DNA of 47,656 nucleotides from Eubacteriales bacterium (GTDB lineage Bacteria; Bacillota; Clostridia; Oscillospirales; CAG-382): NCBI GenBank assembly GCA_045535415.1, contig JAZSLO010000043.1, positions 1 to 47,656 of the forward strand, read 5' to 3'. Shown piece by piece: positions 36,174 to 41,345 of this stretch (position 1 is its first letter; each line of letters starts with the position of its first letter). The notes under the pieces were generated by a model. It saw only the letters and a program-made list of their open reading frames with translations, ran no database searches and was not told where the DNA came from. The position numbers and the translations under genes were made by a program.

Positions 36174-36388
36174 AAATAAACTGGAAACAAAAGCTTACAA
36201 GCAGAAAATTCTGGGCGGCAATTATAACATTTGTAACAACAATTCTTGTTGCGTTTGGTGTGCCTGATTTGACAATAGAGCAGGTTGCGGCGATTATTAC
36301 GGCAGGCAGCTCAATGATTGCATATATAATCGGCGAGGGACTTGTTGATGCTGCGAGAATTAAAAGCGAGGACAAAACAAATGATTAG
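36170..36388 (+). CDS. holin
   Basis: KLTSRKFWAAIITFVTTILVAFG pattern of LL-H-type holins. Immediately upstream of the endolysin gene. Confidence 0.65.
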   Translation: MKINWKQKLTSRKFWAAIITFVTTILVAFGVPDLTIEQVAAIITAGSSMIAYIIGEGLVDAARIKSEDKTND

Positions 36389-36938
36389 TTGCTTTAAAGG
36401 AAAATTCAAGGTTACAAGCCCGAGAGGGTACAGAACACTCGGCGGTGTAAAACAATATCACGGCGGACTTGACCTTGTGGGGATTGAAGATATAAATGTT
36501 TATGCAATCGCCGACGGCAAAGTTGATGCAACGCCCTTTGAGGCCAATGGCTTTGGCTATTACATAAGGCAGACTCTCCCTGACGGCAGACGTATATACT
36601 ACGGTCATCTCAAGGCACAAAGTATATGTGTTAAGGCAGGGCAGAGCGTAAAGGTTGGCGACAGGCTCGGAGTTATGGGAAGCACAGGAAATTCCACGGG
36701 TGCACATACGCATATTGAGCTAAGGCCCAAAGGGACAAGCTTTGAGAGTCTTGATATTGCAGAGTTCACGGGGATTCCGAATAAGGTTGGGACATATACT
36801 TCAAAAAAGCTCGAAGCGATTGACTGCGCTTTGAGTATTCAGAAAAAGTGCGGTTTTGAGGACAAGACAATGGCTTATCTTTCAAAATACAAATTTGCGG
36901 ATGATTTATTTTTAAAGCTCTGGAAAGCAATGAACTAA
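36381..36938 (+). CDS. M23-family peptidase endolysin
   Basis: HGGLDL...YGHL...GSTGNSTGAHTHIE is the LytM/M23 zinc-site signature. Confidence 0.8.
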   Translation: MISCFKGKFKVTSPRGYRTLGGVKQYHGGLDLVGIEDINVYAIADGKVDATPFEANGFGYYIRQTLPDGRRIYYGHLKAQSICVKAGQSVKVGDRLGVMGSTGNSTGAHTHIELRPKGTSFESLDIAEFTGIPNKVGTYTSKKLEAIDCALSIQKKCGFEDKTMAYLSKYKFADDLFLKLWKAMN

Positions 36939-36943
36939 AAATT

Positions 36944-36971
36944 CCCCTCAAGAGAAAATACTCTTGAGGGG
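36944..36971. terminator. bidirectional intrinsic terminator ending the late operon
   Basis: Perfect 11-bp stem CCCCTCAAGAG/CTCTTGAGGGG with a T-rich tail. Lies between convergent genes. Confidence 0.75.
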
Positions 36972-36976
36972 TGTTG

Positions 36977-37174
36977 TTATTTATTTTGCTTTGCAATATC
37001 TGCTCGTATAAGGCTTTTTATATATCCTGCTTTGTTGGGAACACTTTCGAGTTTTGTTATAATATCCATTTCTGTACTTGTGAAGCAATCAATCTTGAAT
37101 TGCTTTTTATATTTTGCGGCATACCTTTCTTGCGGTGTTTCTTTTCTTTTAGTGCTATTTGTTTGAGTTTTCAT
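36977..37174 (-). CDS. small basic protein, possibly ribbon-helix-helix-like
   Basis: 65-aa ORF with RBS GGAGGATAA. C-terminal ..AGYIKSLIRADIAKQ resembles RHH/CopG-type endings. Confidence 0.35.
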   Translation of the reverse strand: MKTQTNSTKRKETPQERYAAKYKKQFKIDCFTSTEMDIITKLESVPNKAGYIKSLIRADIAKQNK

Positions 37175-37325
37175 TTGTTATCCTCCGTATTTTTTTTATA
37201 ATATCGAGTATTAAAATGATGCAATTGGCGATTATTGAAATTCGTAACAATGGAGTCAATCCGATTGTATGTGACAAAATTAGCATAAAAGATAATGTGA
37301 TGATCCATATTTTGTTTTTTAACAC

Positions 37326-37354
37326 TTGCAAAACTCCTTTCTATATGATATAAT
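37326..37354 (+). promoter_or_regulatory. near-consensus sigma-A promoter driving a transcript antisense to the 34-aa peptide gene
   Basis: TTGCAA (37326-37331), 17-nt spacer, TGaTATAAT (extended -10, 37346-37354). Confidence 0.55.
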
Positions 37355-37398
37355 ACAGATGCACCCGAAGGTGAGGGGCTTTCGCCCCTCTGGGTGTC

Positions 37399-37503
37399 CT
37401 ACCACCATTTAATTGCGGTTATCAAAGCGGACAGTGCAATGACGGCTTGGATAACTAACTCGGCAATTTCAAATGAGGTAGGTTTCTTTTTTCTCTTTTT
37501 CAT
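37399..37503 (-). CDS. 34-aa polybasic/hydrophobic membrane peptide, candidate type I toxin
   Basis: Hand translation gives MKKRKKKPTSFEIAELVIQAVIALSALITAIKWW. RBS AGGAAGTGA 6 nt upstream of the ATG. Too short for the supplied ORF track. Confidence 0.5.
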   Translation of the reverse strand: MKKRKKKPTSFEIAELVIQAVIALSALITAIKWW

Positions 37504-37529
37504 TATTCTCACTTCCTTTCTACAAGTAT

Positions 37530-37558
37530 ATTATATCATAGTAGTACGACTATGTCAA
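37530..37558 (-). promoter_or_regulatory. consensus sigma-A promoter for the 34-aa peptide gene
   Basis: On the minus strand: TTGACA (37558-37553), 17-nt spacer, TGaTATAAT (-10 at 37535-37530). Confidence 0.55.
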
Positions 37559-37638
37559 TAGAAATCGAAAAAATAATTGTAAATAAATTGTTAAGGTGAG
37601 CGACTACTTTTTTGAAAATACTGATAATTAAACACAAA

Positions 37639-37670
37639 GGGAGGGCGTATGCCCTCCTGATTGTTTTTTA
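37639..37670 (+). terminator. intrinsic terminator
   Basis: Stem GGGAGGGC/GCCCTCCT, loop GTAT, followed by GATTGTTTTTT. Confidence 0.65.
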
Positions 37671-37778
37671 TATTGTGATAAAAAATGCTCTTTTTGTTAG
37701 AATTTTTACGTATTTTGATGTTTTTTTGCATTTTTTTGCAAAATTTATAAAAAAATTCACAAATTGTACTTTAAAAAT

Positions 37779-37799
37779 ATTACTTATAAGTAATATAAT
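37779..37799 (+). promoter_or_regulatory. 16-bp perfect palindrome overlapping the -10 of the TAC operon (probable antitoxin operator)
   Basis: ATTACTTATAAGTAAT (37779-37794) overlaps TATAAT (37794-37799), 20 nt upstream of the toxin ATG. Confidence 0.45.
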
Positions 37800-37819
37800 G
37801 TGCATAAAGAAGGTGAGCC

Positions 37820-38221
37820 ATGGATATATTAAATACAGAAAAGTTGTTTCAAGACAAATTTGGAAACGATTTTATTTTTCATCCTAAATTCTATGAAGAG
37901 TTTACTGATTTAGTCTACAAAACAGGCAAGGAACAGGAAATTATAAAACAATTAATTTCGAGAATGGCCTCTATTGTTGAGATGGGAAATGGAAATTATT
38001 ATCCTAATTGGGTGGAACATTTGAAAGGATATAGTGATTTGTATTCACTTCATATAACCGCAAAACAAACAAATTTTAGAATTTTATTTTCAATAACAAA
38101 TGATGGGAAAATATTTTTAAGAATGTTCTATGAGCGAGCCGGCAAAAAAGCAACTGCATATGATGATAATATACAAATCGCATTAAAAAGAAAAAGTGGT
38201 TTTAACTCAGGAGGTATGTGA
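37820..38221 (+). CDS. HigB/Gp49-like (RelE superfamily) toxin
   Basis: ..HLKGYSDLYSLHITAKQTNFRILFSITNDGKIFLRMFYERAGKKATAYDDNIQIALKRK matches the Gp49/HigB pattern (L.g...lyElR....yRilf....g.i.ll..f.K....). Confidence 0.7.
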   Translation: MDILNTEKLFQDKFGNDFIFHPKFYEEFTDLVYKTGKEQEIIKQLISRMASIVEMGNGNYYPNWVEHLKGYSDLYSLHITAKQTNFRILFSITNDGKIFLRMFYERAGKKATAYDDNIQIALKRKSGFNSGGM

Positions 38222-38222
38222 T

Positions 38223-38600
38223 ATGATGAACAAAAACACTGAAATGGCAAAATTTATATCACAATATATTACAAAAAGTGATATTTACACTGCTAAAATA
38301 ATTGGTAAAATATCTGCTATAATTTGTAAAAGAAGAAATGAACTTAAAATGACACAAAAAGAATTTGCAAAATATATGGAAGTTTCTCAAGGAATGATTT
38401 CAAAGTGGGAAAGTGCAGATTATAATTTTACGATAGAAAGCATTGCGAAAATTTCTGAGAAATTGGGTTTAGTATTTGAAGTGGATTTCAAGTCGGAGTG
38501 CGAATATGCTTTTAATAGTTTGCAAAATGAATATAATTCCTTAAATTATGCAAATCAATTTAAAGCGTCATTTAATGCCGAAAATTCGATGTCAGCATAA
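38223..38600 (+). CDS. XRE-HTH antitoxin with an aromatic-rich C-terminal extension
   Basis: RBS AGGAGGT. MTQKEFAKYMEVSQGMISKWES HTH. About 40-aa tail (YAFNSLQNEYNSLNYANQF) as expected for a chaperone-addiction segment. Confidence 0.7.
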   Translation: MMNKNTEMAKFISQYITKSDIYTAKIIGKISAIICKRRNELKMTQKEFAKYMEVSQGMISKWESADYNFTIESIAKISEKLGLVFEVDFKSECEYAFNSLQNEYNSLNYANQFKASFNAENSMSA

Positions 38601-38613
38601 GGAGAAATATATT

Positions 38614-39075
38614 ATGGATAAAAAATACATATCGGAATTCCAATTTATTGGCAGTTCAGTAAAGTCTTTAACTATAAAAAATAATTTTATAGCGCTGGAA
38701 CGAACAGGTGCAAATCACAAATTAGAAATTTTCCATTCAGTTGAACCGATTAGTACCATAAATGATGAAAAAACTTTTTCATCAACTATTCTTTTGAATA
38801 TAAAAGTTGGGATAGATTTAAATTCTAAAAAATATGAAGTAGATTTAACAATCGAAGGATGCTTTAATGCTCCTGTTGAAATGGGAGAAGAAACTTTTGT
38901 GGAAATGCTTAATGTTAATGGGGTAACAACATTGTATTCCATAGCAAGAGGTTTTATTCAAAGTACTACATCGCAAACCTTGGTTGCAGGAAGCATTCTA
39001 CTACCTATGTTTAATGTTGCAGCATACAGCAAAGATTTAAATGCAAAACAAACGACAGAACAAAAAACAGAATAA
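38614..39075 (+). CDS. SecB-like chaperone
   Basis: Collinear with E. coli SecB by eye: FQF.....K.L.I.N start, central beta-strand block, ..L.VNG...LYSIARGFI.S.T......S.LLPMFNV compared with ..ILFPYARE.I.S.V.....P.L.L.PVNF. Confidence 0.65.
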   Translation: MDKKYISEFQFIGSSVKSLTIKNNFIALERTGANHKLEIFHSVEPISTINDEKTFSSTILLNIKVGIDLNSKKYEVDLTIEGCFNAPVEMGEETFVEMLNVNGVTTLYSIARGFIQSTTSQTLVAGSILLPMFNVAAYSKDLNAKQTTEQKTE

Positions 39076-39081
39076 AACGAA

Positions 39082-39122
39082 ACGGTCGCTTTTTATTGTT
39101 TAAATAGCGACCGTGATTTTTT
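39082..39122. terminator. bidirectional intrinsic terminator
   Basis: Stem ACGGTCGCT/AGCGACCGT, A-rich 5' flank and GATTTTTT 3' flank. Lies between convergent genes. Confidence 0.7.
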
Positions 39123-39378
39123 ATGAATGAGTTTCAAGACATGTTCGTATTTTCTGAATTTGTTTCTCTACATCTTCTCCATACCACTCAGGATGCTCAA
39201 GTCTTGATTTCAGACAGGATTGCATCCATTTAATATCTGACATCATAGGGAAGTCAATTATTGGCACTTTATATGTAGTGGTATGTTCTTTATTAGGAAT
39301 TTGCAAATAATCATTAATTTTAAATTCTTTATCATCAATTACAACGCACTGCAGTGTTGATGTTTCTGTATCAAGCAT
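39121..39378 (-). CDS. 85-aa hypothetical protein, second gene of the attR-proximal pair
   Basis: ORF with RBS AAAGGA. No recognisable motif. Confidence 0.45.
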   Translation of the reverse strand: MLDTETSTLQCVVIDDKEFKINDYLQIPNKEHTTTYKVPIIDFPMMSDIKWMQSCLKSRLEHPEWYGEDVEKQIQKIRTCLETHS

Positions 39379-39422
39379 TTTTCAATCCTTTCAAAAAAAG
39401 TTTTATGCGGTCTGTATATGAG

Positions 39423-39692
39423 TCATTTTATATCGTTGTTTTTGTAATTGTCGTCAATGATGCCCTTTAAATCATTTAAAAGTTCTTCACCATTATTTCT
39501 TAACTGTGACAAAAGCAAAATAAAGGTTAAAGTGCTGCACATATTTTTTCCATTCTCAATATCTGAATATGAGCGCACATCCATTTCAAGTAAATTTGCC
39601 ATTTTCTTCTGGGTTAAGTTGTTGTCGTTTCTCAACTTTATAATGTAGCCACGAAGGAATTTTTTTAACTCCGATTGTAACTTGTTTCGCAT
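39423..39692 (-). CDS. XRE-family HTH protein immediately inside attR (candidate excision regulator/RDF)
   Basis: LTQKKMANLLEMDVRSYSDIENGK HTH. RBS GAGGAAAG. Starts 54 nt after the attR core, co-oriented with cotJABC. Confidence 0.7.
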   Translation of the reverse strand: MRNKLQSELKKFLRGYIIKLRNDNNLTQKKMANLLEMDVRSYSDIENGKNMCSTLTFILLLSQLRNNGEELLNDLKGIIDDNYKNNDIK

Positions 39693-39746
39693 TGTCTTTC
39701 CTCGTTTCTCTGGGGTTGATTATGCAAAATAGTCTAATGGAGTACA

Positions 39747-39758
39747 GACCGCCGAACT
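39747..39758. repeat. attR core (GACCGCCGAACT)
   Basis: Identical to 2028-2039. Confidence 0.8.
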
Positions 39759-39840
39759 GGCTCATTATAATCTGTGCTGCCACAGGGTCTGCCTTTTTAA
39801 TGTTTATGGGATACTGAAGTTTCTTTTCGTAATTCCACAT
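39747..39840 (-). pseudogene. cotJC: 5' segment of split cotJC (residues 1-31)
   Basis: MWNYEKKLQYPINIKKADPVAAQIIMSQFGG is the canonical CotJC N-terminus. Beyond the core the ORF runs into unrelated phage sequence. Confidence 0.85.
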
Positions 39841-39846
39841 ATCTTA

Positions 39847-40110
39847 TTAACCTCCTATATTCCACGGAAATTCATCGGTCGCCCATGTCCATCCATACTT
39901 TGAGGGTGTGGAATTTATCACAGTAAGAGGGCCGTAATTTCTCTCATATTCATTGACTGCTTTTGTATAGAATGCTTTTTGTCTGTCAAAATATTCTTTT
40001 GCTTTCTGATCTTCCGGATGCATATCAAGATATAAAAGTGCATCGTACATTGTAAATGAATATTTTTGAACTTCTTTCATAAGCATTTGTCTTTTAGTAT
40101 TATTTGTCAT
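39847..40110 (-). CDS. cotJB: spore coat protein CotJB
   Basis: LMKEVQKYSFTMYDALLYLDMHPEDQKAKEYF matches the CotJB signature (..L.LYLDTHP.D..A...). TAATG overlap with cotJA. Confidence 0.8.
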   Translation of the reverse strand: MTNNTKRQMLMKEVQKYSFTMYDALLYLDMHPEDQKAKEYFDRQKAFYTKAVNEYERNYGPLTVINSTPSKYGWTWATDEFPWNIGG

Positions 40111-40325
40111 TATTTTGTACTCCTGTCGCCAAGATAGGGAAGATTGAGAGTGGGGAATATAGTACCAACGCAAAGTGCTTCGTCGGCAGAGTAAATATTT
40201 TCCCATGTTTCTCTCTGAATCGGGAAATTTATGATGGCAAGATGCTGTTTTGTGTTGCCGTTCATATTATAAGAGTCTTGCGTGTTAGTACGCAAAAAAT
40301 CTCTGTTTTCAGGATTGAGGTACAT
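40110..40325 (-). CDS. cotJA: spore coat-associated protein CotJA
   Basis: ..W.NIYSADEALCVGTIFPTLNLPY matches the CotJA motif (AL..GT.FP.L..P). First gene of the operon. Confidence 0.7.
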   Translation of the reverse strand: MYLNPENRDFLRTNTQDSYNMNGNTKQHLAIINFPIQRETWENIYSADEALCVGTIFPTLNLPYLGDRSTK

Positions 40326-40375
40326 TTAAAATTCTCCTTTGTTTTATTTTTTGAGGGAAAATTTCCCCTCGTTTT

Positions 40376-40383
40376 ATTGTATG
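40376..40383 (-). promoter_or_regulatory. mother-cell sigma (E/K)-type -10-like box upstream of cotJA
   Basis: Minus strand reads CATACAAT, about 50 nt upstream of the cotJA ATG. No convincing -35 element found. Confidence 0.3.
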
Positions 40384-40435
40384 CGAAAGTCTGAAAACAG
40401 GTCTTGAAAAAGGCAGTTTCAATAGTCTTTGTCGG

Positions 40436-40464
40436 TTGACAAACTCTGCATTTTCAGGTATAAT
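40436..40464 (+). promoter_or_regulatory. consensus sigma-A promoter of the lipoprotein gene
   Basis: TTGACA, 17-nt spacer, TATAAT. Confidence 0.5.
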
Positions 40465-40499
40465 ATTTGTCAAAATATATATCTTTTTGGAGAATTGAA

Positions 40500-41294
40500 A
40501 TGAACATAAAGAAATTTGCATTTTGTATAGGATTGATTGCGGCAATGTCGGCTTTTGCCCTTTGTTCGTGTACAAACAAGGAGACTTTGGAAAATAACGA
40601 CGAGCAAAATAAAATAGTCGAGGAAAAGCAAAGAGTAGATGTTGCTTTTTCAAATAAAGGATTGAAAGAGGCGTTGGCAAATGCTCTTTCAAGCCCCGAC
40701 GGAAAAATTACGCAGGAAGATATTGACGGCATTTACTATCTTGGATTGTTCCTTGACCAGAGTGGAAAGTACAATTTAACACTTGGCCTTGAAGATTATA
40801 AAAACGCATACTTTCTCGAACTTGAAAAGGATAGTCCAAATGTTTATGCATTAGCCGAGTATGTAAAAAAATCAGGCTTCGAATATGATTTTATGCCGCT
40901 TGAAAATGACCTTAAAAAGTTTAAAAATGTTGAAATTTTTGAAATATACAATGTTCAGATTTTTGATGTTTCGTTTATAAAGTCGTATGAAAATCTTGTA
41001 TACGGATATTTTCTCAATAATAAAATCACAGACATTTCAAAACTCGAAGGGTATAATCCGAGGAAACTTTGCGAGCTTGACTTTTCGGAAAATGCCATCA
41101 CCGACTGGTCGACTCTCTCACATTTGCAGGACAAAGTCATTGTTTCAACAAACAGAGTGCAGCTTGAAGATAAAAACGGACAAAAGCAGTTTGAATTTAA
41201 GTCTGTGACCTTGAAAGAATATAATGAGCAGCAAGAGCAAATCAAGGAGAATCTTGAAAACACAAAGGTGGATGCAAGCATACTTTTTGAATAA
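40500..41294 (+). CDS. lipoprotein with internalin-type leucine-rich repeats
   Basis: Signal peptide with lipobox (..FALCSC). LRR segments such as NKITDISKLEGYNPRKLCELDFSENAITDWSTLSHL. Confidence 0.65.
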   Translation: MNIKKFAFCIGLIAAMSAFALCSCTNKETLENNDEQNKIVEEKQRVDVAFSNKGLKEALANALSSPDGKITQEDIDGIYYLGLFLDQSGKYNLTLGLEDYKNAYFLELEKDSPNVYALAEYVKKSGFEYDFMPLENDLKKFKNVEIFEIYNVQIFDVSFIKSYENLVYGYFLNNKITDISKLEGYNPRKLCELDFSENAITDWSTLSHLQDKVIVSTNRVQLEDKNGQKQFEFKSVTLKEYNEQQEQIKENLENTKVDASILFE

Positions 41295-41345
41295 AAGCAT
41301 AAAACAAAACATAAATTTATTAAAAGAAAACACGGAGGGAAAACA

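Larger units (their letters stand above)
37361..37668 (+). ncRNA. candidate antisense (type I antitoxin-like) RNA
   Basis: No ORF of 60 aa or more lies wholly between the promoter at 37326-37354 and the intrinsic terminator at 37639-37670. Fully complementary to the peptide gene 37399-37503 and its promoter. Confidence 0.4.
2028..39758. mobile_element. about 37.7 kb temperate contractile-tail prophage integrated in cotJC (serine-integrase type)
   Basis: Bounded by identical 12-nt cores that split cotJC. Contains a full lysogeny, replication, packaging, head, tail and lysis gene set. The joined ends give an attP-like site with imperfect inverted arms TAGTCTAATGGA (39730-39741) and TCATTAGGCTA (2040-2050), symmetric about the core. 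Confidence 0.9.

Noticed and set aside
37159-37887. Track ORFs 37159-37353 and 37612-37887 (Phe/Ile-rich).
   Set aside because: They run through promoters, terminators and AT-rich spacers of the cargo island. They have no RBS and an implausible composition.
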